This document shows positions 30,939-41,379 of a stretch of 64,000 bases of DNA, piece by piece. This stretch comes from Spirochaetota bacterium (GTDB lineage Bacteria > Spirochaetota > UBA6919 > CBDBPB01), in the NCBI GenBank assembly GCA_965208615.1, contig CBDBPB010000001.1, positions 64,001 to 128,000 on the forward strand, in the 5' to 3' direction. How positions within the stretch are numbered: the stretch's first letter is position 1; each line of letters opens with the position of its first letter. A program made the translations under genes and the position numbers. The notes beneath the pieces were generated by a model. The model was not told the origin of the DNA. It did no database searches and was given only the letters and a program-made list of their open reading frames with translations.

Positions 30939-33578
30939 TCAATCTATATCAGAACCCTTTTTAGCCCCCTTAGACCTTAAGAGCTTAATAGTAGCTGTAT
31001 GCCCCTCTTCAATAGCCATGTCTAATGGAGTCTCACCATTCTTATTTTTAATATTAACATTAGCCCCCTTAGATATTAATAATCTAACTGTTTTTGTATG
31101 GCCACTAGAAGCAGCCCAATGTAAAGGAGTAAAGCCGTATTTATCTTGTACATTAACATTAGCACCCTTAGATATTAATAACTTAACAACCTTTGTACGC
31201 CCCTTTTCAATAGCACTATGTAAAGGAGTATAGCCGTATTTATTTACTACATTAACATTAGCACCCTTAGATATTAATAACTTAACAACCTTTGTACGCC
31301 CCTTTTCAATAGCACTATGTAAAGGAGTATAGCCGTATTTATCTTTTACATTAACATTAGCACCCTTGGATATTAATAACTTAACAATCTTTGTACGCCC
31401 CTTTTCAATAGCCCAACTTAAAGGAGTCCAGCCATATTTACTTACTCCATTAACATTAGCCCCCTTAGATATTAATAACTTAACAACCTTTGTACGCCCC
31501 CTTTCAATAGCCCTATGTAAAGGAGTATAGCCATTTTTACTTGCTACATTAACATTAGCACCCTTGGATATTAATAATCTAACTGTTTTTGTATGGCCAC
31601 TATCAGCAGCCCAATGTAAAGGAGTATAGCCATCTTTACCTGCTAAATTAACCTTAGCACCCTTAGATATTAACAACTTAACAACCTTTGTACGCCCTTC
31701 TATAGCAGCCCTATGTAAAGGAGTAAAGCCAAATATACTTACTACATTAACCTTAGCACCCTTAGATATTAATAATCTAACTGTTTTTGTATGGCCACTA
31801 TCAGCAGCCCTATGTAAAGGAGTAAAGCCGTATTTATCTTGTACATTAACATTAGCACCCTTAGATATTAATAATCTAACTGTTTTTGTATGCCCCCTAT
31901 CAGCAGCCTCATGTAAAGGAGTAAAGCCGTATTTATTTACTACATTAACCTTAGCACCCTTAGATATTAATAGTCTAACTGTTTTTGTATGCCCCTTTTC
32001 AGCAGCCCTATGTAAAGGAGTATAGCCATCTTTACCTGCTAAATTAACCTTAGCACCATTAGATATTAACAACTTAACAACCTTTGTACGCCCTTTTAGA
32101 GCAGCCCTATGTAAAGGAGTAAAGCCAAATATACTTACTAGATTAACCTTAGCACCCTTAGATATTAATAATCTAGCTGTTTTTGTATGTCCCTTTTCAG
32201 CAGCCCTATGTAAAGGAGTATAGCCAAATATACTTACTACATTAACCTTAGCACCCTTAGATATTAATAATCTAACTGTTTTTGTATGCCCCCTATCAGC
32301 AGCCACTTGTAGAGGAGCAACCCCATTTTCACCTTCTGCATTAACCTTAGCACCACTAGATATTAATAATCTAACTATTTTTGTATGCCCCCTATCAGCA
32401 GCCACTTGTAGAGGAGAAACCCTATTTTTACCTTCTGCATTAACCTTAGCACCACTAGATATTAATAATCTAACTATTTTTGTATGCCCCCTATAAGCAG
32501 CCCTATGTAAAGGAGTAAAGCCAAATGTACTTACTGCGTTAACATTAGCACCCTTAGATATTAATAATCTAACTGTTTTTGTATGCCCCCTATCAGCAGC
32601 CCTATGTAAAGGAGTAACGTCATATTTATTTACTCCATTAATCTTAGCCCCCTTAGATATTAATAACTTAATAGAATCAGTATGTCTATTTTGAGTAGCA
32701 AGATGTAAAGGAGTCTTGTCATATTTATTTACTCCACTAATCTTAGCCCCCTTAGATATTAATAACTTAATAATCTCAGTATGCCCCCTATAAGCAGCCC
32801 TATGTAAAGGAGTATTGCCTTTTTTATCTGCTAAATTAACATTAGCCCCCTTAGATATTAATAACTTAACAATCTCAGCACGCCCTCTAGAAACAGCCTC
32901 ACGTAAAGGAGTATAGCCTTTTTTATCTGCTAAATTAACATTAGCCCCCTTAGATATTAATAACTTAACAACCTTTGTACGCCCCTTTTCAATAGCACTA
33001 TGTAAAGGAGTATTGCCATTTTTACTTGCTACATTAACATTAGCCCCCTTAGATATTAATAGTCTAACTGTTTTTGTATGCCCCCTATCAGCAGCCCAAT
33101 GTAAAGGAGTAAAGCCAAACATACTTACTAAATTAGTCTTAGCACCCTTAGATATTAATAATCTAACTATTTTTGTATGGCCACTAGAAGCAGCCCAATG
33201 TAAAGGAGTAACGCCAAACATACCTACTACATTAACATTAGCACCCTTAGATATTAATAACTTAACTGTTTTTGTATGGCCATTTTTAGAAGCATAATGT
33301 AAAGGAGTATAGCTTATTCCAACTCTTACTTCGTTAACCTTAGCACCCTTAGATATTAATAATCTAACTATTTTTGTATGGCCACTAGAAGCAGCCTCAT
33401 GTAAAGGAGTATTGCCATAATATATACTTAGTCCATTAGCCTTAGCACCTTTTGCTATTAAGTCCTTTACTCTATTATAGTCACCAGCCTTGACAGCTTC
33501 ACGAAGGTCATTATTAACATTCGCTAATAAAACCCCCTGTAAAACTAATAAACATATTACTATAAATAGCTTTTTCAT
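30939..33578 (-). CDS. Secreted ankyrin-repeat protein (N-cap plus 25 repeats)
   Basis: 33-aa GxTPLHxA..G.TK.V.LLISKGA.VN units with 99-bp DNA periodicity; signal peptide; AAGGAG RBS. Confidence 0.95.
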   Translation of the reverse strand: MKKLFIVICLLVLQGVLLANVNNDLREAVKAGDYNRVKDLIAKGAKANGLSIYYGNTPLHEAASSGHTKIVRLLISKGAKVNEVRVGISYTPLHYASKNGHTKTVKLLISKGANVNVVGMFGVTPLHWAASSGHTKIVRLLISKGAKTNLVSMFGFTPLHWAADRGHTKTVRLLISKGANVNVASKNGNTPLHSAIEKGRTKVVKLLISKGANVNLADKKGYTPLREAVSRGRAEIVKLLISKGANVNLADKKGNTPLHRAAYRGHTEIIKLLISKGAKISGVNKYDKTPLHLATQNRHTDSIKLLISKGAKINGVNKYDVTPLHRAADRGHTKTVRLLISKGANVNAVSTFGFTPLHRAAYRGHTKIVRLLISSGAKVNAEGKNRVSPLQVAADRGHTKIVRLLISSGAKVNAEGENGVAPLQVAADRGHTKTVRLLISKGAKVNVVSIFGYTPLHRAAEKGHTKTARLLISKGAKVNLVSIFGFTPLHRAALKGRTKVVKLLISNGAKVNLAGKDGYTPLHRAAEKGHTKTVRLLISKGAKVNVVNKYGFTPLHEAADRGHTKTVRLLISKGANVNVQDKYGFTPLHRAADSGHTKTVRLLISKGAKVNVVSIFGFTPLHRAAIEGRTKVVKLLISKGAKVNLAGKDGYTPLHWAADSGHTKTVRLLISKGANVNVASKNGYTPLHRAIERGRTKVVKLLISKGANVNGVSKYGWTPLSWAIEKGRTKIVKLLISKGANVNVKDKYGYTPLHSAIEKGRTKVVKLLISKGANVNVVNKYGYTPLHSAIEKGRTKVVKLLISKGANVNVQDKYGFTPLHWAASSGHTKTVRLLISKGANVNIKNKNGETPLDMAIEEGHTATIKLLRSKGAKKGSDID

Positions 33579-33688
33579 GATAGCTCCTTAACTGTAATAA
33601 TTATAAATATTGTACTACTATTCTTGTGTATGAAAAGATATATACATTAAATAGAAAAGACAAACTTATGAAAGATAGGGCAAAATAA

Positions 33689-34303
33689 CTACTTTTGTTT
33701 GCTAGAAAAAACCTGTACACAATAAAACTGAAAGGGATAATATGTACGTGCCTTAGCCCCAATACCTAAATAACTATATCCATATCCTAACATATTAGCC
33801 CTATGACCTTTAGAATTTCCCCAAAGATTAATCACATGTTTAGCAAGACTAATATATGTATGAGGCTTATTACGACTAGGAGGATTGCCATATATCTGTA
33901 GAATGTTCTCACCAGCAGAACCAAAACCACTATGACCAGAAATAATTAATCTATCTTTAATGGTTTTATGTTTTTTAACCTTACTTTTATGACTAACAAA
34001 GTTTAACCTTAACATATCATCAGCGTGAATTTGCGATGCCTTATCCAAATAAGAAGAATATTTTAGAGCAACTTGGTTATGCTTTAACCTAAAAACATTT
34101 GTCTCATGAAAAATTGCAGCACGTAAAAGCTTATAATCAACATTTTTGAAGTCTATTATTTTGTTGGTATTATAACTAAAAAACTCTTTACAACTATATT
34201 CTCCACAATCACTAGCGGCACTCCAAATATCATTATCAATATTAGCCTTATCACCACTGCAAAAGCTAAACAACGATAAAACCATTATTAAATACCATAT
34301 CAT
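33689..34303 (-). CDS. CAP (SCP/PR-1) domain lipoprotein
   Basis: ETNVFR, HADDM, F.SH, AGENI, W.NSKGHRANML. Confidence 0.87.
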   Translation of the reverse strand: MIWYLIMVLSLFSFCSGDKANIDNDIWSAASDCGEYSCKEFFSYNTNKIIDFKNVDYKLLRAAIFHETNVFRLKHNQVALKYSSYLDKASQIHADDMLRLNFVSHKSKVKKHKTIKDRLIISGHSGFGSAGENILQIYGNPPSRNKPHTYISLAKHVINLWGNSKGHRANMLGYGYSYLGIGAKARTYYPFQFYCVQVFSSKQK

Positions 34304-34425
34304 ATTAACAACTCCTTGAGCTAAATAACTATATTTATATAAATAATTAAAAATACGAATAAAAAAATAACATTCACCCTAAAGCTAATTTAATCGATAA
34401 AGTTATAAATAACTAGGACATAATA

Positions 34426-36399
34426 GTGAATAACGAAATAGACAAACTAAGAAATATAATCCACCATCATAACAAAAAGTACTATGTGGATGCACAACCA
34501 GAAATATCCGACTTCGAATACGATACACTAATAAAAAAACTAATCGACCTTGAACAACAACATCCAGAGGCTTATGATCCAAACTCTCCATCTCAAAGAA
34601 TATATGGTGATATATCAAAAGGATTTAACACTGTAGAACATACCATAGCTATGAAAAGTCTGGGTAATACCTACTCAGAAAAGGAACTTATAGACTTCAA
34701 TAACCGAATAGTGAAAAATATAAATACCAATCCCCAATACGTTGTTGAACTAAAAATAGATGGCGTATCCATATCCATTAGATATAAAAACGGTAAATAT
34801 AGTCAGGCTATAACAAGGGGTGATGGACAATATGGCGATGACGTTAGCAATAACATCCGTACTATTAAGTCAATACCCCTTATCCTAAATAAGCCAGACA
34901 ACCTAGAAGTAAGAGGAGAGGTATTCTTAGCTAAGTCAATATTTAAAACGCTAAACAAAGAACGTATGAATAATAACCTAAAACCCTTTGCTAATCCAAG
35001 AAATACTAGTGCAGGCTCTATAAAGCTCCTTGACCCAAAAGAAGTTAGTAAACGTCAGTTAGACGCCTTCTTTTATGGTATAGCTAACGCTGACAATAAA
35101 AATATACCCCAAACTCACTTCGATAGACTAAACTATATAAAAACCCTAGGGCTTAAAGTTAATGGTCATATAGCTTTGTTAGACTCCATCCATGATGTGA
35201 TAGAATATATAAACACTTGGATAGATAAAAGACACGATCTAGACTACGATACAGACGGCATGGTTATTAAGGTTAACTCTATTAGTCAGCAAAATATACT
35301 GGGATATACCGCTAAAGAACCACGATGGGCTATATCTTATAAGTTCCCTGCTAAACAGATGTCCAGCATAATAGAGGATATTAGCTTATCAGTAGGTAGA
35401 TTGGGGATTATAACTCCCATAGCCATATTAAACCCTATTTTACTATCAGGAACTAAAGTTAGTAGGGCATCCTTACACAACTTCGACGAAATCACTAGAA
35501 AAGATATTAGAATAGGCGATACCGTATTCATAGAAAAGGGCGGTGAGATAATACCACAAGTGATAAGCGTTGTTGAGTCTAAAAGAAAGACCACTAGTAC
35601 AACCTTTCCCCCCCCTATAAGCTGTCCATGTTGTAAAACCAACCTTGTTAAAGAAGACGTATTTTTAATATGCCCTAATATTAACTGCTCAGAACAACTA
35701 AAAAGACGAATACAATACTTCGCCTCTAAAGACGCTATGGATATTGATGGTCTAGGTGAAAACATTATAGAACTCTTTATAAACAAAGAACTGATAAAAG
35801 ATTACGGCGATCTATTCTACCTCACAAAAGATATGATAATCAATATGGAGGGCTTTAAGGATAAGTCCGTTGATAACCTTATTAGCTCTATAAATAATAG
35901 TAAGAGCCGCCCTCTTTATAGGCTCATAAAGGCTTTAGGGATTAAACATATTGGTTCTAGGGCATCAACAATCCTGGCTAACAACTTTAACTCCATAGCT
36001 GAGCTTAAACAAGCTAATACAAACAGCCTAACCAATATAGACGATATTGGCCCCACTATGGCTAATAGCATAATCGACTTCTTTAAACAAGCCTATAACC
36101 TTAATATAATATTAAAGTTAGAGAAGGCAGGAGTCAGTATGAAAGAGAGTATGACCGCCATTAACAAAGATAACTTTTTCTTTAATAAAACCTTTGTATT
36201 AACCGGTAGTCTAACTAAGCTTAGTAGAAAAGAAGCTCAAGACAAAATAATAAGTTATGGGGGTAATATTAGCTCGTCCATAAGTAAAAAAACTCATTGC
36301 CTTATAGCAGGTACTAATCCAGGATCAAAGCTGGATAAGGCTAATAAATTAAATATTACTATCCTAAGTGAACAAGAGTTTATAGAACAACTTAAATAG
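34426..36399 (+). CDS. ligA: NAD-dependent DNA ligase
   Basis: ELKIDG, TRGDG, NPRN, CPCC zinc finger, C-terminal BRCT. Confidence 0.98.
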   Translation: MNNEIDKLRNIIHHHNKKYYVDAQPEISDFEYDTLIKKLIDLEQQHPEAYDPNSPSQRIYGDISKGFNTVEHTIAMKSLGNTYSEKELIDFNNRIVKNINTNPQYVVELKIDGVSISIRYKNGKYSQAITRGDGQYGDDVSNNIRTIKSIPLILNKPDNLEVRGEVFLAKSIFKTLNKERMNNNLKPFANPRNTSAGSIKLLDPKEVSKRQLDAFFYGIANADNKNIPQTHFDRLNYIKTLGLKVNGHIALLDSIHDVIEYINTWIDKRHDLDYDTDGMVIKVNSISQQNILGYTAKEPRWAISYKFPAKQMSSIIEDISLSVGRLGIITPIAILNPILLSGTKVSRASLHNFDEITRKDIRIGDTVFIEKGGEIIPQVISVVESKRKTTSTTFPPPISCPCCKTNLVKEDVFLICPNINCSEQLKRRIQYFASKDAMDIDGLGENIIELFINKELIKDYGDLFYLTKDMIINMEGFKDKSVDNLISSINNSKSRPLYRLIKALGIKHIGSRASTILANNFNSIAELKQANTNSLTNIDDIGPTMANSIIDFFKQAYNLNIILKLEKAGVSMKESMTAINKDNFFFNKTFVLTGSLTKLSRKEAQDKIISYGGNISSSISKKTHCLIAGTNPGSKLDKANKLNITILSEQEFIEQLK

Positions 36400-36480
36400 A
36401 GCAAAGTTTTATTACTTTATCCGAAAGCCTATTTGACGATATTTTAACTAAAACGAAAAATCATTATGCCAGAGATCATT

Positions 36481-37221
36481 ATGAAAAAAGTTGTTTATTC
36501 CGTAATACTTATCTTTTTAAGTCAGCTATGTTTTAGCAAAAATATAGATAATTATTATACCATCCAGATAGATAATAACACTAATCTATACAAAGTAGCC
36601 AGAAAACACCTTGCAACCTTTGACTATTGGAGAGAACTACTCCTTTTTAATAAGCTTAAGTCTCCAAAAAAGATTATACCTGGTATGACCTTGAAAATAC
36701 CCTATTCAATAGCTAGAACAAGAATAGCAAAGCTAAAAAGCCTATATGGCAAAACTACTCACAACTTATACAACATAACTAATAACTACAAAATTATAAA
36801 GGATAATAGCTCCATCAACACCTCAGACAATACTAAAGCAATAATCACCCTTGACAGCGGATCAACTATAACCCTTAATGACAATATGGATATATATCTT
36901 GCCGATATGTATAGAACTAAAAATCTATCCAAAACCATAGTCAGACTAAACAATGGAGGAGTTAATATAACTATCCCGTATCCGAATACAGAACATATTA
37001 TTATTTTATCTTCAGGATCAAAAATAGAACTTAAACCCGGTGTATACTTTGCTAAAACCTATCCCAATGGTACAGTTAAACTAGCCGTATACTATGGCGA
37101 ACTAACTATTAATAAACAAAATAATAACTTTACCATAAAACAAGGCTATGGTGTTGTTATACCTAAAGACTTATACCCTCAAAAACCTTTTGAACTTCCT
37201 AAACAAATTAAATTAAACTAA
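36481..37221 (+). CDS. Secreted LysM/FecR-domain protein
   Basis: Signal peptide, LysM-like W.EL..FN.LKSP.KI.PG..LKIP, FecR-like beta-rich C-half. Alternative ATG at 36466. Confidence 0.65.
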   Translation: MKKVVYSVILIFLSQLCFSKNIDNYYTIQIDNNTNLYKVARKHLATFDYWRELLLFNKLKSPKKIIPGMTLKIPYSIARTRIAKLKSLYGKTTHNLYNITNNYKIIKDNSSINTSDNTKAIITLDSGSTITLNDNMDIYLADMYRTKNLSKTIVRLNNGGVNITIPYPNTEHIIILSSGSKIELKPGVYFAKTYPNGTVKLAVYYGELTINKQNNNFTIKQGYGVVIPKDLYPQKPFELPKQIKLN

Positions 37222-37334
37222 CTATAGCTAAACAGCATAGTAGCTTATCCAGTTTTTTTATTTTATCAAAAAGTTTTGATTTTCTATAATATTATATATA
37301 TATTTACAGTTAAAATTATGCGGGGAGGGCTTAC

Positions 37335-38885
37335 ATGCTAAAAAATAAGATCCGCTTAAAGCTATTAACAGCATTACTACTTAGTTTATCACTATTTGGC
37401 TGTGATGATAATGCGGTTAATGAAGCTTTAGGTAAAAATAATATACAGTTTAGCTCTTTAGCTACTGATACAAATAATTATATACCAGGGGGAGTGCATG
37501 TAAGAGCTAACGCAAAGGCTGGAGGTGATGGATCAACTTGGCAAAAAGCTTTTAATGACCTTCAAAAGGCTATTGATAAAGCTAAAAAAGATGGGGGCAT
37601 AGTATATGTTGCTCAAGGGACTTATAAGCCTAATAGCCATCCCAACGGCGGTAGCGGGGAACGTAATAAACATTTTGCCTTACGAAATAATGTAGTAGTC
37701 ATTGGGGGATATACCACTAACCGCGATAAACGGGATAAGGATCCTACTAAGACTATTTTAACTGGTGATCTTGGTAATAAAAGGGTACTTAATGTTTTTT
37801 ATAATAAGGGTTTAAATAAAACTTCAAAGTTGAAGTACTTTACTATTACTAAGGGCAAGGCTGATGGTGCTAATAAGGACAGTGGAGGGGCTATGTATAA
37901 TGATAATAGCTCTCCAAGTTTGATAAGCATTAACTTTGAGGATAATGAGGCTAAAAATAGTGGTGGAGCTATTTATAACAGTAATAGCACTTCAAATTTA
38001 ATAAGCGTTAACTTTAGGAATAATAATTCTAATAACGGTGGGGGAATGTATAATGCTAATAAAAGCTCTCCAAAGATAGTCAATTGTAGATTTAATAATA
38101 ATACGGCTACAAAGAGTGGAGGGGCTATGTATAATGATAATAGTTCTCCAAAGTTAATGGATAGTTATTTTACTGGTAATAAATCTATCGGTGATGACTG
38201 GGTAGATGGAGGAGGTGGCGTGTATAATAAAGAGAGCTCTCCCACTTTAACAAATGTGAAGTTTACTAATAATACGGCTAATCGGCATGGAGGGGGAATG
38301 TATAATAATAATAGTTCTCCAAAATTAATGGATAGTTATTTTACTGGTAATAAATCTAACGATAGCAACTGGCCAAGTGGAGGAGGGGGCATGTATAATT
38401 ATTTTAGCTCTCCCATTTTAACAAATGTGAAGTTTACTAATAATACGGCTAATCGGCATGGAGGGGGCATGTATAATCATTATAGCTCTTCCACTTTAAC
38501 AAATGTGAAGTTTACTAGTAATACGGCTACATATTACGGAGGGGGCATGTATAATTTTAAGAGCTCTCCCACTTTAACAAATGTGAAGTTTACTAGTAAT
38601 ACGACTACATATTACGGAGGGGGCATGGTTAATGATAATAATAGCTCTCCCACTTTAGATAATACGGTGATTTTTAATAAAAACATTGCTGGTAGTGTTG
38701 AAGATAAAAAAGAAGGCAAAGGCGGGGCTATTTATAATCTTGTTGGTTCTAAATATTATCCCGACTCAAGAATAATAGGCACACCAACCTATGGAATAGG
38801 TAATGATGAAAATAAAAAGGTCGTCAAAGTGGATAATACATATAAACTTGTAAAGTCAAACCTTGAGTCAGGCCCAGTCCTATAA
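37335..38885 (+). CDS. Lipoprotein with Pmp-like GG[AG]MYN/FxxN right-handed beta-helix repeats
   Basis: Lipobox LFGC, GDGSTW..AF.DLQ.A, VAQGTY, and about 10 GGxxxN..SP.L.N..F..N repeats. Confidence 0.85.
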   Translation: MLKNKIRLKLLTALLLSLSLFGCDDNAVNEALGKNNIQFSSLATDTNNYIPGGVHVRANAKAGGDGSTWQKAFNDLQKAIDKAKKDGGIVYVAQGTYKPNSHPNGGSGERNKHFALRNNVVVIGGYTTNRDKRDKDPTKTILTGDLGNKRVLNVFYNKGLNKTSKLKYFTITKGKADGANKDSGGAMYNDNSSPSLISINFEDNEAKNSGGAIYNSNSTSNLISVNFRNNNSNNGGGMYNANKSSPKIVNCRFNNNTATKSGGAMYNDNSSPKLMDSYFTGNKSIGDDWVDGGGGVYNKESSPTLTNVKFTNNTANRHGGGMYNNNSSPKLMDSYFTGNKSNDSNWPSGGGGMYNYFSSPILTNVKFTNNTANRHGGGMYNHYSSSTLTNVKFTSNTATYYGGGMYNFKSSPTLTNVKFTSNTTTYYGGGMVNDNNSSPTLDNTVIFNKNIAGSVEDKKEGKGGAIYNLVGSKYYPDSRIIGTPTYGIGNDENKKVVKVDNTYKLVKSNLESGPVL

Positions 38886-38912
38886 GTATATTTATTTAGT
38901 CAGTTAAAATTA

Positions 38913-38937
38913 AGGGGAGCATAGCTCCTCTTTTTTT
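38913..38937 (+). terminator. Intrinsic terminator between convergent genes
   Basis: aggggagc-ata-gctcctct followed by a T run. Confidence 0.65.
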
Positions 38938-38963
38938 ATAGAACAATAAACAGCATATAATAT

Positions 38964-39473
38964 TTAGTAAAAATCCTTAGCCTTATCCCTTACAGATGTT
39001 GGAATACTATCCATAGCAAAGTTAAACACTAAATTAAAACCATAAAGTATATGGGGAACTAATATAGACTCATTAAACTCCTTAGTAGCCAAAGGGAAGT
39101 CCAAATGATTTAAAAGAAAAACCGTTATCCCAATAAGTATGAATCCCTTAGCAAAACCAATAGCACCACCAGCAATACTGTTTAACCAACCTAAATATAA
39201 TTTCTTCATCAGTACAGAAAGATAGTCTCCAAGCTTATTCACAACAAAGTTCACAATAATAAATATTATAACAAAACTTATTACATTAGCAACTCCAGGC
39301 GATTTTATCACTTTAACTAAATAATCACTAAAAGGCTTATAAAGAAGATAGGCAGATATAACACCTGTAATTATGGATAATAAAGAAAATAAGGCTCCAG
39401 TAAATCCCTTTCTATATCCAGAAATGAAAAATAGCAATATCAAAACAGATATAGCTATATCAACAATATTCAT
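38964..39473 (-). CDS. cvpA: CvpA (colicin V production) family membrane protein
   Basis: MNIVD...GYRKGF, LNSIAGGAIG..KG, four TM segments. Confidence 0.85.
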   Translation of the reverse strand: MNIVDIAISVLILLFFISGYRKGFTGALFSLLSIITGVISAYLLYKPFSDYLVKVIKSPGVANVISFVIIFIIVNFVVNKLGDYLSVLMKKLYLGWLNSIAGGAIGFAKGFILIGITVFLLNHLDFPLATKEFNESILVPHILYGFNLVFNFAMDSIPTSVRDKAKDFY

Positions 39474-39511
39474 ATACTAATCCTCTACTTATCAATTTAA
39501 TAATAGTTAGC

Positions 39512-40558
39512 CTATCCATTAGCCAGCAAGCTATTAAACTTATCCCTAAAAGAAGGATAAATAATCCCCTTTTCGGTTATGAAAGCTGTAATATATTTAT
39601 TAGGGGTAACGTCAAAAGCAGGAGAGTATACCTTTACACCCTCTGGAGCAGTCCTTTTACCAAAACCTTGGGTTACTTCTTTAGGGTCACGCTCTTCAAT
39701 GGGTATATCCTCACCATTTTCTAACATAGGATCAACCGTAGACAAGGGAATAGCCACATAAAAAGGAATATTATGCTCCTTAGCATTAATAGCCAAACTA
39801 TAAGTTCCGATTTTATTAGCCACATCTCCGTTTATGGTAACCCTATCAGCCCCAACAATAACACTATTTATGTTTTTAGTCTTCATAACATGAGCGGCCG
39901 TATTATCCGTAATTAGAGTAACATCAATGTTATTATTCATTAATTCCCATGTAGTTAACCTTGCACCTTGTAATAAAGGCCTTGTTTCATCAGCGTATAC
40001 GTGAATAGTTTTTCCATTAGTATTAGCCATAAACATAGGAGCCAATGCAGTCCCATATCCGCTGGTAGCCAATCCCCCAGCATTACAGTGGGTAATAATG
40101 TTATCCCCATCATTAATTAGCTTAGAGCCAAATTGACCTATTTTAACCCCTCTATTAAGGTCATCCTCAAATATATTAACAGCCTTATCAAATAAAGCCT
40201 TTTTAAGCTCATTAACACTTTTATCATAATTTTTATTAATAAGCTTTTCCATCTCTTCCAAAGCCCAGAACAAATTAACAGCAGTAGGCCTTGTACCCTT
40301 AAGATAGCTAATAACCTTATTTACCTCATCCTTAAAGACATTATATTCCTTTGCTACAGAGTCCTTAACACCAAGATAAACTCCAAAAGCTCCAGCTATA
40401 CCAATTGCAGGTGCACCCCTTATTGCAAGACGCTTTATAGCACTGGCCATGTCAATGTGATTGCTTATTTTTATAAGCTTTTTTTCATTTGGTAATAAGG
40501 TCTGCTCAATAATCTCAACATAATTTTCGTAATAAGATATAGTATTTATTCTAGACAT
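39512..40558 (-). CDS. mtnA: S-methyl-5-thioribose-1-phosphate isomerase
   Basis: IRGAPAIG, TRPTAVNL, THCNAGGLAT, ETRPLLQGARLT, ANKIGTY, PAFDVTP. Confidence 0.96.
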   Translation of the reverse strand: MSRINTISYYENYVEIIEQTLLPNEKKLIKISNHIDMASAIKRLAIRGAPAIGIAGAFGVYLGVKDSVAKEYNVFKDEVNKVISYLKGTRPTAVNLFWALEEMEKLINKNYDKSVNELKKALFDKAVNIFEDDLNRGVKIGQFGSKLINDGDNIITHCNAGGLATSGYGTALAPMFMANTNGKTIHVYADETRPLLQGARLTTWELMNNNIDVTLITDNTAAHVMKTKNINSVIVGADRVTINGDVANKIGTYSLAINAKEHNIPFYVAIPLSTVDPMLENGEDIPIEERDPKEVTQGFGKRTAPEGVKVYSPAFDVTPNKYITAFITEKGIIYPSFRDKFNSLLANG

Positions 40559-41358
40559 TGGATTTCCTTTTTAAAAAAGACTTTGAATATAAAAATTAAA
40601 AATATAAAATGAATAAGACGAAATAAAAAAAATAGCTTATCTATGATAATAGTTATACCTAAACTAATAAATAGCCCCTTCTTTCCCGCATACATCCTAA
40701 TTTCGTCATATACCCCAATGCAAACACTCCTTAATAAGTCATCTTTATGTTCATATATCCATTTTTCCTGTTTTCCTGTTTTTAAGTCTAATATAAAGAT
40801 ATTGGGGGCAACCTTTTTTAACTTTTCTATAATTCCAGTATAGTCCCTTTTTAGTTGTTTGTTAGAATGCGTTCCTAATATTTTAAGCCTCGGAAAGCTT
40901 GTTTTAATATGCTTTACAGCCAAACTAAGTTCTTTTACCTTTCCACCTAATAAAAAAAAGCTTACACTACCTTTAGCAAACAAACGAAATAAAAGTAATA
41001 AAAGATTAGATCCCTCATAAAACAACTCATTACTATTTTCATTATATTCATAATAGTCTACATCAGTCTCATTTTCATATACTATACTGTCATAATCTTT
41101 ACTATCGGGGTGATCAATAGAAAAAGAAACAAGAAACTTAATCGCCCATGTCATAATCCTACCCCTAGGCAAAACTATACTAGCTTTATTGATCATCTGA
41201 GCAAGCCGTTTATCATACAAACTTTTAAGAAAAAGCTTGAAGTCCAGCATAACAATCTGATGGAACTCTCTTTTTTTTATATAACTACGTATTTTAGCTA
41301 TAAGTGGTGGCAACTTAACAATTGTTAATTCATTAATATGTCCAACTCGTATTCTCAT
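40546..41358 (-). CDS. WecB/TagA/CpsF-family glycosyltransferase, divergent
   Basis: FFLLGGK, FPRLKILG, KQEKWI, CIGV. The usual DG motif appears as RG. Confidence 0.7.
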   Translation of the reverse strand: MRIRVGHINELTIVKLPPLIAKIRSYIKKREFHQIVMLDFKLFLKSLYDKRLAQMINKASIVLPRGRIMTWAIKFLVSFSIDHPDSKDYDSIVYENETDVDYYEYNENSNELFYEGSNLLLLLFRLFAKGSVSFFLLGGKVKELSLAVKHIKTSFPRLKILGTHSNKQLKRDYTGIIEKLKKVAPNIFILDLKTGKQEKWIYEHKDDLLRSVCIGVYDEIRMYAGKKGLFISLGITIIIDKLFFLFRLIHFIFLIFIFKVFFKKEIQCLE

Positions 41359-41379
41359 AACAGAATTATATCCTTTATT

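Noticed and set aside
30939-33578. Regular 99-bp repeats as a CRISPR or other non-coding array
   Set aside because: The period equals 33 codons in one open frame encoding ankyrin repeats; there are no unique spacers and no cas genes
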